47,872 nt of DNA from an uncultured Alphaproteobacteria bacterium (GTDB taxonomy: Bacteria > Pseudomonadota > Alphaproteobacteria > Micavibrionales > CSBR16-224): the NCBI GenBank assembly GCA_937941575.1, contig CALDHH010000001.1, positions 1 to 47,872 of the forward strand, in the 5' to 3' direction. Below are positions 27,956-35,986 of the stretch, piece after piece. A model generated the notes under the pieces. It was not told where the DNA came from. It did not search any database and saw nothing but the letters and a program-made list of their open reading frames with translations. Position numbers and translations under genes: made by a program. How positions within the stretch are numbered: the stretch's first letter is position 1; each line of letters opens with the position of its first letter.

Positions 27956-30199
27956 ATGTTTCAGATAGAAAAAAATAATTACAAGTTAATAGACAATGTT
28001 AAACAAGCTCTATTAAGCTCTGTTTTTGTGGGCTTTTTATCTTTATCTAGCCCTGTATATGCTGAGAGCGTTAGCAATTCACCAGTGAAGTTTAGCTCAA
28101 ATAGTTTAGAACATGATGAGAAGGCTAATCGGATAACTGCAATAGGTGATGTGGAGCTTGAACAAGCAGGTCAGATTATCAAGGCAGATAAGATCGTATA
28201 TAATATAAATATCGATAATGTAATTGCATCAGGTAATGTTACTTTGCTTGATACCAATGGCGATGTCCATTTCTCTGAATATATAAGTTTAAAGAATGAA
28301 ATGAAAGATGGTTTTGCAAAAGAGGTAAGATCTAGGCTAAGCGATGGTTCAAATTTCTGGGCAAAAGAGATTGAGCATAAAGACGGTATTAAAACCACAA
28401 TGAAAGATGCCACTTACACACCTTGTAAGATATGCGAAGAGAATCCAGATAAAACCCCTCTATGGAGGCTTAAGGCAGCAGAAGCTACATTGGATGAGAC
28501 AACTAATGAAGTTAGGTATAAAGACGCTAAATTAGAACTATTTGGTGTACCTATTGCATATACTCCAATCTTTGTTCACTCAGGTCCTAATGTAAAAAGA
28601 AAAAGTGGATTTTTAAAACCAAAGGCTGGTTGGTCGAGTGAGCTTGGAACATTTGTAGAGAGTAGCTATTATTGGGATATAGCCGAGAATAAAGATGCCA
28701 CATTTAATATTGAGCCTACAACAAGACAGGGTGTATTAACCAAAGCACAATATAGGCATAGATTTAAAAATGGTAAGGTGAATTTAAATACATCGGTTGC
28801 CCTTAACTCAAATAGAACAGAAGAAGATGGTAGGATTGAAGAGAATAAAACCAGAGCAAATATATTTGCCGATGGCTTATTTGATTTGGATGATAAATGG
28901 CGGGCAGGTTTTGATGTGCAGAAGGCCACTGATAAATCTTATCTAAGGCTATATGATATAAGTAACGAGAATGTCTTGGAGAGCGAGATATACGCAGAGA
29001 GATTTTCAGGCCGTAATTATTCAAGGGTAAGTGCATTAAATTTCCAAGATATAAGAGAAGGCGTTAATGTAGAACAGCCAGATCTAGTTCCTAATATAGA
29101 ACATAGGATGATAGGTGAGCCAAACTCAGCCCTTGGTGGTAGATGGAGTGTTGATACAGGGCTTGTTAATCTAGTTAGAAGTGATGATGATCAAGATGTT
29201 ACAAGAGCAAGTTTAGATCTAGGCTGGCAGCGTGAATTCATTGCTCCGAAAATTGGTTTAAAGACAAGTATTAATGCCAATCTATTAAATGATTATTATT
29301 TAGTTAGAGATAGCGATGCAGCAAAGACAAATTCAGCATTAAGCAGTAATACCGAAGAGCTAAGAACAATTCCAAGGCTTCATATCAAATCAAGCTTACC
29401 AATGGTAAATAGCGGTAATAGGGTTCAAACAATTATCGAGCCAATCATGTCTGCAACAATTGCAGAGAGATTAGACGATAATGATCATGACATCCCAAAT
29501 GAAGATAGTATTGATACGTCATTAGAGGTAACTAATCTATTCGATTCAAATCGCTTTACTGGATCAGATAGGCAAGAGGATGGTAAACATGTAGCCTATG
29601 GTCTGAAAGCTGGGTTTTATGATTATAAGGGAAGCTATATAACTGGCTTAGTTGGTCAGAGCCATCAATTTAAAGAAAGCAATCTATTCCCAGATGGATC
29701 AGGCTTAGAAAATAAACAATCTGATATAGTAGCAGAGATTGATTCATCGATACTTGGGCATTTAGACTTAAATTACCGCGTACAGTTAGAACATGATAAT
29801 TTCAAAGCTAAGAAACATGAATTAAATGCAAAAGCTGCGATGGGTAGATTTACTGCTCATACAAGATATCTATTGGCAGATGCAGTAGAGGGAACCAATA
29901 TAACAGAGAGTAGGGAACAATTATTATTAGGTGGTGGTTACCGCATTAATGATGATTGGCGAGTAAGGGCAGCAGCTTTGCGTGATTTTGGTGATGATGA
30001 TCCCGGATTACGCTCAGCATCGGCGGAGCTTTCTTATATTGATGAATGTTTCACTTTCTCTTTATCAGGGATTAGAGATTTATCTAATGATTCAACAGGT
30101 AGCAGTGAGACAAAATTCTTGGCCAGAATAGGACTTAAGAATATCGGAGAAATTAGCTCTCCAGAATGGCTAGTTCGTGGTAACGATACAGACGAATAA
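27956..30199 (+). CDS. lptD: LPS-assembly outer membrane protein LptD
   Basis: Signal peptide, an N-terminal OstA/LptA-like jellyroll (ITAIGDVELEQAGQIIKADKIVYN...ASGNVTL), then a large beta-barrel. 747 aa. Confidence 0.85.
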   Translation: MFQIEKNNYKLIDNVKQALLSSVFVGFLSLSSPVYAESVSNSPVKFSSNSLEHDEKANRITAIGDVELEQAGQIIKADKIVYNINIDNVIASGNVTLLDTNGDVHFSEYISLKNEMKDGFAKEVRSRLSDGSNFWAKEIEHKDGIKTTMKDATYTPCKICEENPDKTPLWRLKAAEATLDETTNEVRYKDAKLELFGVPIAYTPIFVHSGPNVKRKSGFLKPKAGWSSELGTFVESSYYWDIAENKDATFNIEPTTRQGVLTKAQYRHRFKNGKVNLNTSVALNSNRTEEDGRIEENKTRANIFADGLFDLDDKWRAGFDVQKATDKSYLRLYDISNENVLESEIYAERFSGRNYSRVSALNFQDIREGVNVEQPDLVPNIEHRMIGEPNSALGGRWSVDTGLVNLVRSDDDQDVTRASLDLGWQREFIAPKIGLKTSINANLLNDYYLVRDSDAAKTNSALSSNTEELRTIPRLHIKSSLPMVNSGNRVQTIIEPIMSATIAERLDDNDHDIPNEDSIDTSLEVTNLFDSNRFTGSDRQEDGKHVAYGLKAGFYDYKGSYITGLVGQSHQFKESNLFPDGSGLENKQSDIVAEIDSSILGHLDLNYRVQLEHDNFKAKKHELNAKAAMGRFTAHTRYLLADAVEGTNITESREQLLLGGGYRINDDWRVRAAALRDFGDDDPGLRSASAELSYIDECFTFSLSGIRDLSNDSTGSSETKFLARIGLKNIGEISSPEWLVRGNDTDE

Positions 30200-30312
30200 T
30201 TTATAATATATCGGCCTGTTCTTAAATGAAACCTTAACCTTTACTTGTATGAAAAAGCAATTTATTATACGACATCAATTATTTAAAGACTTGTTTGGAA
30301 GTAGTTACAAAA

Positions 30313-32247
30313 ATGACCTTTGACATTAACCCAGAAATCCATATGTGGTTTGGTATTGCCCTAACCTTTTTAACATTTGTGTCTTTTGCCCGCGAAAAAT
30401 GGCCTCTGGAAATTACAGCTGTTGTCTTATTATCAGTATTGTTACTATTTGGTAATCTATTCCCATTATTGGATGAAACTGGCGATAACATGTTGAATGC
30501 AAAAACCTTACTAGTAGGTTTTGCCAATCCTTCCCTTGTTGCGGTGATTGCCTTATTGGTTATCGGGCAAGCCTTGGTACAGACGGCGGTATTAACCCCC
30601 ATTACCAATAAATTCCTACGCTTAAAAGATCGAATGGCAATATTAGGTTTGATATCTATCTTCTTTTTGGTGGTAACTGTATCGGCATTTATGAACAATA
30701 CGCCATTGGTAATTATTGCTATACCTATATTACAAGCCTTGGGCTCACGTATTGGAATATCATCAGCAAAGCTTATGATGCCTTTAAGTTTCGTTGCCAT
30801 CCTTGGTGGTATGACGACCCTTGTTGGTTCATCAACAAATATGTTGGTATCAACTGCGTTAAACGATCTTGGTTACGAAGAATTCAGCTTCTTTGATTTT
30901 ACAATACCAGGTGCAATGCTTGCAGGGGTTGGGATTGTATATGTTTGTTTTGTAATGCCGTATTTATTAACGGATAGATCTTCAATGTCAAAAGACTTAA
31001 AAGAAGAGAATAAAGAATTTATTGCCGAGCTTGATATCCATGAAGATAGTAAGTTAATTGGTGATACATTTACCGAAGATCACTTTGAAAAACTACCTGA
31101 GATATCAGTTAAAATGGTACAAAGAGATGGAGTTTTAATATTACCACCATTCGAAGATTATGAAATTGCTGCCAAGGATATTTTAATAGTTGCCGCTACA
31201 AAAGAAACTTTGTTTGATTTACTTGCAATTCATCCTGGATTCTTATTATCAGAAAAAGAAAAAAGCAATATTAGAAGTAAATCAATTGGTGCTGATATGT
31301 TGACATCGGCGATGGATGACATGTCAGAAGATTCTGTGCCAGAAGATAATCAAACAGAAAAAATTGAAGAGCCAGATACAACAGGTGAAAAAAGTCGAGT
31401 TTTATTGGAAATAATGATAACTCCAAATTCAAGATTAGTGGACAGATCAGTTGCTCAAATAGATTTTGAAAAGAATTACCATTGCATGGTTTTGGGGATT
31501 GAAAGACAGTCAAATGTTGTAAGGCGCCGAGTTCACCAAATGCGAATTGAATCTGGCGATGTTATGTTGGTGGCAGGGGATAGAGATGATCTTAGGCAGT
31601 TAAACGATTCAAAAGATATTATTGTACTTGCAGGAACTAGGATGGAGATACCAGAAACTGAAAAAGCTCCACATGCAGGAATTATATTCTTAACAACTAT
31701 TATCTGTGCCGCAACTGGTATATTGCCAATTGCTGTTGCCGCAGTTGTAGGGGCAGTATCAATGCTTGTATTTGGTTGTTTAAATGTAAGACAGATGGTA
31801 CGAGCTTTTGATCGGAAGATTTTCTTCCTTGTTGGCTCCGCCTTGGCTTTGGGTTCAACTTTGCAATCTACAGGTGGCGCAACATATCTTGCCAATTTAT
31901 TGTTAGAATTAGAAATTATCCAAGATCCATTTATGGCAGCATCTTTATTATTTATCATTGTGGCAATTGCAACCAATCTTCTAACTAATAATGCTTGTGC
32001 GATTTTGTTTACACCAATTGCGGTTAATTTAGCCCTTCAAATCGGGGTGGATCCAATGATCTTTGCAACAACTGTGGTCTTTGCTGCCAATTGTTCTTTT
32101 GCGTCACCAATTGGTTATCAAACAAATTTATTAGTAATGGGACCAGGGCATTATAAGTTTAATGATTTTGTTAAAGCTGGTATACCTCTTGTAATAGTTA
32201 TTTGGATAGCATATTGTTTCCTTGCGAAATTTTATTATCATTTATAG
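30313..32247 (+). CDS. SLC13/DASS-family permease with two central TrkA-C (RCK_C) domains
   Basis: Hydrophobic N- and C-terminal halves with hairpin motifs (SAFMNNTP, CSFASPIGYQTN) flank two RCK_C-like soluble repeats. ATG 30313 is preferred over the track TTG 30295. Confidence 0.8.
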   Translation: MTFDINPEIHMWFGIALTFLTFVSFAREKWPLEITAVVLLSVLLLFGNLFPLLDETGDNMLNAKTLLVGFANPSLVAVIALLVIGQALVQTAVLTPITNKFLRLKDRMAILGLISIFFLVVTVSAFMNNTPLVIIAIPILQALGSRIGISSAKLMMPLSFVAILGGMTTLVGSSTNMLVSTALNDLGYEEFSFFDFTIPGAMLAGVGIVYVCFVMPYLLTDRSSMSKDLKEENKEFIAELDIHEDSKLIGDTFTEDHFEKLPEISVKMVQRDGVLILPPFEDYEIAAKDILIVAATKETLFDLLAIHPGFLLSEKEKSNIRSKSIGADMLTSAMDDMSEDSVPEDNQTEKIEEPDTTGEKSRVLLEIMITPNSRLVDRSVAQIDFEKNYHCMVLGIERQSNVVRRRVHQMRIESGDVMLVAGDRDDLRQLNDSKDIIVLAGTRMEIPETEKAPHAGIIFLTTIICAATGILPIAVAAVVGAVSMLVFGCLNVRQMVRAFDRKIFFLVGSALALGSTLQSTGGATYLANLLLELEIIQDPFMAASLLFIIVAIATNLLTNNACAILFTPIAVNLALQIGVDPMIFATTVVFAANCSFASPIGYQTNLLVMGPGHYKFNDFVKAGIPLVIVIWIAYCFLAKFYYHL

Positions 32248-32266
32248 AAAGGATTAAATTAGTAAG

Positions 32267-32992
32267 ATGAGTTTTTCTAGCTACGATCCAGGTGGAAGAT
32301 ATAGAAGGCGTGGTCAAAACCGCAGAAATAAATTTTTAAAAGGAATGTTTTTCCTGATGATAATTTGTGGTGCATGTTATTGGCTCGGCGGTGAAATGGT
32401 AAAAGCAAGTGAACATGCTTTTAAACAACAAGCCTTCACATTAAAATCTGAGAGAGAGAATCTAGAAAAAGTTTTAACTGAGTTGCGAGCAAAAGTTCAG
32501 ACATCATCGGTTAGATTTAATCAATTAAAAGAAAAATACGATAATGAAGTACCAAAAGGCGATTTAAAACTTGTAACTGATTTAGCCAAGAAACAGCTTG
32601 ATGACGGTATTGATAGTAAAAGATTATTATTAGCAGTTAGAACTGCAAGACCACCAAGGAATTGTTCTGATCCAATCAGCAAAAGATTTATTGTAAAAAC
32701 AAAAGCATATAGAGGTCCTGTAAGCTATGTTGCTTTTGCAAGAGGTGCGGTTACAATAACTGGAGCTGGAAATGCTGCGGTTAATTCAAGCGGTAAGTTA
32801 GAATCATGGTTTGACCCAGGCAAGGAAGTTGCAATAAAATTTACTAGTCTTGGTGGCAAAGACGTCATCAAAAAATCCTTATTACCAATTCATCATTCAA
32901 TGATTATTGGCAAGAAAGAACATCGTTTTACTTTGGCTAAAGGCAATAGATCTTTTATCTCTGTAACTTCTGATAGTTGTGATTATCCTTAA
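32267..32992 (+). CDS. Hypothetical membrane-anchored protein with a coiled coil (241 aa)
   Basis: Arg-rich N-terminus, one TM helix (MFFLMIICGACYWLGG), a coiled coil, then a beta-rich C-terminal domain. Confidence 0.5.
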   Translation: MSFSSYDPGGRYRRRGQNRRNKFLKGMFFLMIICGACYWLGGEMVKASEHAFKQQAFTLKSERENLEKVLTELRAKVQTSSVRFNQLKEKYDNEVPKGDLKLVTDLAKKQLDDGIDSKRLLLAVRTARPPRNCSDPISKRFIVKTKAYRGPVSYVAFARGAVTITGAGNAAVNSSGKLESWFDPGKEVAIKFTSLGGKDVIKKSLLPIHHSMIIGKKEHRFTLAKGNRSFISVTSDSCDYP

Positions 32993-33097
32993 TTTTCAAA
33001 GGATATCTCTGGCACTAAACTACAATATTAAAAATTGGTAGTTTATATAGTATTAGATTCAAATAAACATAACAATAGAATACATATATCTTAAAAG

Positions 33098-33126
33098 TTG
33101 AGCTTTTAACTTTTATATGTTATAGT
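33098..33126 (+). promoter_or_regulatory. Putative sigma70 promoter for the 33.1-35.3 kb gene set
   Basis: TTGAGC (33098-33103), a 17-nt spacer, then TATAGT (33121-33126). An AAAGTT-N8-AACTTT inverted repeat overlaps the -35 element. Confidence 0.45.
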
Positions 33127-33150
33127 AGTTGTATTATTGGGAGTTAGTAA

Positions 33151-33495
33151 ATGCAAAAAGAAGATAAAATAGAAGAATTAGGAATTGAACTTATTAAGCT
33201 TATAAGTGGTAAAGATAAATCTGATAAACCATTTTATGCTTATGTAAGAATATTTTCTGAAAAATTAGAAGAGTTTACTAATTTAGATAATTCATATGAT
33301 TTGAAAAGTATTAATGTATCTGAATATGGAGAAATAATAAAATCTGGCTGGGGAAAAACCCCAAGTGAAGAAGTAAAAGAATATATGAAAGAAAATCATA
33401 ATTGCTTAGAAGAGTTCGAAGAAATATTCGAAGCAGAATTTTCAGAAAATATAAAAAAGACCGAAGATAGACTTAAAATAATAGAAGAAGGATAA
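33151..33495 (+). CDS. Small acidic hypothetical protein (114 aa)
   Basis: GGGAG SD, Glu-rich, no TM helix, no recognised family. Its stop lies 6 nt before the next start. Confidence 0.55.
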   Translation: MQKEDKIEELGIELIKLISGKDKSDKPFYAYVRIFSEKLEEFTNLDNSYDLKSINVSEYGEIIKSGWGKTPSEEVKEYMKENHNCLEEFEEIFEAEFSENIKKTEDRLKIIEEG

Positions 33496-33501
33496 TTATA
33501 T

Positions 33502-34623
33502 ATGAGTATCATAGCAGGCATGAATATTGCGGGAGATCTACCAGATTTAAATTCGGGTGTATCTATAGAAAAAACTGTAAATCAAGGAGTAACAAGTAAG
33601 GGTTCAAATAACGCCTTTAATAAATCAGTTGCATTACTTGTAGGCGGTACTGTTGCTATGCTTGCTTCTGCTCCTATAGCTATTTCTATTGGTCTGGGTG
33701 TAGGTCTTGCTGTTGGTACCGCTTTATGTGGTGCGGGTATGCTTACTACGATGGCAGGTTCTGTTGAAGCAGGGGTAGAGAATGCAAATAGTGAAAAAGA
33801 AATAATAAAAAAAATGGAGACTTTGAGAGAAGTTCAAATGGAAGGGTTTGTAAATTCAATTGATGAAAAATATGGGAAAAACGAATTAGTTACTGATTCT
33901 ACTGATTTATCAACTCTACTTATGGTTAGTGATAGCCATCTTAAAAAATTAGGACCAAAAATACAGTCTCAGATTATACAAATACAATCTTCGTTAATTA
34001 ATGATGCTTTTGCATTAAAGCAAGATATTGAAATAATAACACCAGAAAGCAACGAGCAAGCGATAGAAAAATTACCAGAGCTTATGGCGGCTAGAGATAA
34101 CCTTTTAGGTAATCGGGCAGTCAATATGTCTATGGGTGATGCGTTAATGAAAATAGGAAATGATTATAAGAATATTGAAGGCGGTGAAAAAGCAGGTTTC
34201 AGTGATAATGGAAAACTTACTGGAAAGCTTTATGGAGCTATGGCGGTTGCTGCTGGTGCTTCTCCTACACTCATGGTAGTCTCATTCGATACTTTTGTTA
34301 TGACTGTTACTGCAACTCTTTTAGCAGGGGGTTTTGTTCCTCTTACTAAAGGAATTGATGATTTAAAAGATTTAAAAATTAATAATCAATTTATTGATGG
34401 TATTAATGATAGAATATCAGAAGAACAGGATAATCCTGGAAATTCTAAATTTGAGACATTAACTTCATTTGATCCAGAGGATAAAATGAGAGTAAGAAGC
34501 AGTTATTTTGATGCCCAAGAATTAAATAATATTTCAATTTCTTCTTCTAAATTTGCAGTAGAATCAACGCAAGGTGATAGAGCAAAACCAGATGTAAAAG
34601 TCTCAAGAGACCTTAAATCTTAA
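33502..34623 (+). CDS. Hypothetical protein with two glycine-zipper hydrophobic hairpins (373 aa)
   Basis: VALLVGGTVAMLASAPIAISIGLGVGLAVGTALCGAGMLTTMAGSV and LYGAMAVAAGASPTLMVVSFDTFVMTVTATLLAGGFVPL are separated by about a 150-aa helical segment. No recognised family. Confidence 0.55.
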   Translation: MSIIAGMNIAGDLPDLNSGVSIEKTVNQGVTSKGSNNAFNKSVALLVGGTVAMLASAPIAISIGLGVGLAVGTALCGAGMLTTMAGSVEAGVENANSEKEIIKKMETLREVQMEGFVNSIDEKYGKNELVTDSTDLSTLLMVSDSHLKKLGPKIQSQIIQIQSSLINDAFALKQDIEIITPESNEQAIEKLPELMAARDNLLGNRAVNMSMGDALMKIGNDYKNIEGGEKAGFSDNGKLTGKLYGAMAVAAGASPTLMVVSFDTFVMTVTATLLAGGFVPLTKGIDDLKDLKINNQFIDGINDRISEEQDNPGNSKFETLTSFDPEDKMRVRSSYFDAQELNNISISSSKFAVESTQGDRAKPDVKVSRDLKS

Positions 34624-34682
34624 TAAGATTAGATTTACTCCGATGTTATAATCATATATAATGAACTCAACATTAATTTATA

Positions 34683-35282
34683 ATGGAGTTTAAAACTATG
34701 ATTATTAACAAAGGACTACAACAACTACTACAAGAAATAAAAGACCCAAGACGAGATATATTTTTAAAAATATATGAAGATCACAAAGAATTATTCCATC
34801 AGGCAAAAGGTTCATCTTATAACCACCAAACTTGGGATGGCGGATATGCAGATCATATCGCTGAAGTTCTACGGATTAATGATATTACCTATGATAGTTT
34901 ATCAAAACTACGGGAATTACCCTTTTCAAAAGATAGTGCAGCTATCGCTTTATTCTTACATGATATTGAAAAACCGTTCCGCTATGGAATAGGTACAGAT
35001 GATAGATGTGATAAATGGCATAAGATATTCAATGATAAATCGAAAGACTGGGAAAAAGTTAAATGGGATATAATTGCCGATTTACAAGCTAGATATGGTT
35101 TTGACCTAACTGATGACGAAATTAATGCGTTGAAATATACGCATGGAGAAGGCTTAGACCATCAAAAAGGAATTAGAGTAGCAAAGCCGCTCGCCGCACA
35201 TGTTCATCACTGTGACAATATAAGCGCTCGTATCTGGTATGATAAAGGTAGGGGGCTATCTATTGCGAATATAAAAAAATGA
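34683..35282 (+). CDS. HD-domain metal-dependent phosphohydrolase (about 195-199 aa)
   Basis: H...HD...H...D pattern: GGYADHIAEV, LFLHDIEKP, THGEG, HVHHCDNISA. ATG 34698 has a GGAG 9 nt upstream and may be the true start. Confidence 0.7.
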   Translation: MEFKTMIINKGLQQLLQEIKDPRRDIFLKIYEDHKELFHQAKGSSYNHQTWDGGYADHIAEVLRINDITYDSLSKLRELPFSKDSAAIALFLHDIEKPFRYGIGTDDRCDKWHKIFNDKSKDWEKVKWDIIADLQARYGFDLTDDEINALKYTHGEGLDHQKGIRVAKPLAAHVHHCDNISARIWYDKGRGLSIANIKK

Positions 35283-35359
35283 AGTAAGCCATAAGAGCTA
35301 CTTCATTAATTTATATATATTCAAATATTTTAGGTATAGGCTGTTATTTAACTTGGAAG

Positions 35360-35746
35360 TTATTTAACAGCAATACTACCATCATCAGCAACATAATACT
35401 GACCTTTAGACATGTTTTCGATTAACTTTTTACCAGCTTGTCTTTGGATTGCAAGGACGCTAACGCCGTGTTTTTTTGCCAAGCCTTGGTATTTTTCCAT
35501 TCTTTTGGAATTAATAGAAGTTACAAGTGCTGAGATGCTCGCAGAGTTTTTTACCGCGATTAATAAACCATCTGGCTTCTCACCAACTAAACCCCTTGCT
35601 TTTGCTTCTGCTAAGCTAATCTCTGTAACTTCTATATAAGATTTCAATTCTAAATTCTGTATAGTATTAACATTGATTGCATGGGCAGATGTTATAGCCA
35701 TGGTTGAGATTGCAATTGCAATTAAGCTTGTTTTTAATGTGTTCAT
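35360..35746 (-). CDS. ydbL: YdbL-like periplasmic protein (DUF1318)
   Basis: Signal peptide, then LAEAKARGLVGEKPDGLLIAV...INSKRMEKYQGLAKKHGVSV..IQRQAGKKLIENMSKGQYY, which matches E. coli YdbL closely. Confidence 0.85.
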   Translation of the reverse strand: MNTLKTSLIAIAISTMAITSAHAINVNTIQNLELKSYIEVTEISLAEAKARGLVGEKPDGLLIAVKNSASISALVTSINSKRMEKYQGLAKKHGVSVLAIQRQAGKKLIENMSKGQYYVADDGSIAVK

Positions 35747-35758
35747 TTTTATATTCCT

Positions 35759-35986
35759 TTAGTTTTCTAATCCAAATAGATCTGGATCATCTGCGAAGAT
35801 ATCTTCGATGTCTTTATCAATTTTAACTCTTACTTCTTGTTCAATTTTGATATTCAAATTGATTTCAATTGGCTTATCTGGGGCTTGTACTTTAACTGTT
35901 GGAGTACAATTTGTAATGAATCCCAATGTTCCAATAAGAAGTATTATTTTATAGATGCTTTTAATTTTCATTTTTTTTCGACTCAT
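35759..35986 (-). CDS. ynbE: YnbE-like lipoprotein
   Basis: Lipobox ITNC, then TPTVKVQAPDKPIEINLNIKIEQEVRVKIDKDIEDI, matching E. coli YnbE (CTPRIEVAAPKEPITINMNVKIEHE...DKDVE). It overlaps the ydbH 3' end. ATG 35971 is an alternative start. Confidence 0.85.
   Translation of the reverse strand: MSRKKMKIKSIYKIILLIGTLGFITNCTPTVKVQAPDKPIEINLNIKIEQEVRVKIDKDIEDIFADDPDLFGLEN

Noticed and set aside
33098-35282. Calling the 33-35 kb gene set a mobile genomic island or a known defence system.
   Set aside because: There is no integrase, transposase, flanking direct repeat or tRNA, and no match by eye to a named defence family. I kept it only as a candidate unknown module.
35283-35362. The direct repeat GTTATTTAAC (two copies) and a weak palindrome between the HD gene and ydbL, considered as an attachment-site-like scar.
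   Set aside because: It is short and AT-rich, it overlaps the ydbL stop codon, and no matching copy occurs on the other side of the candidate insertion.
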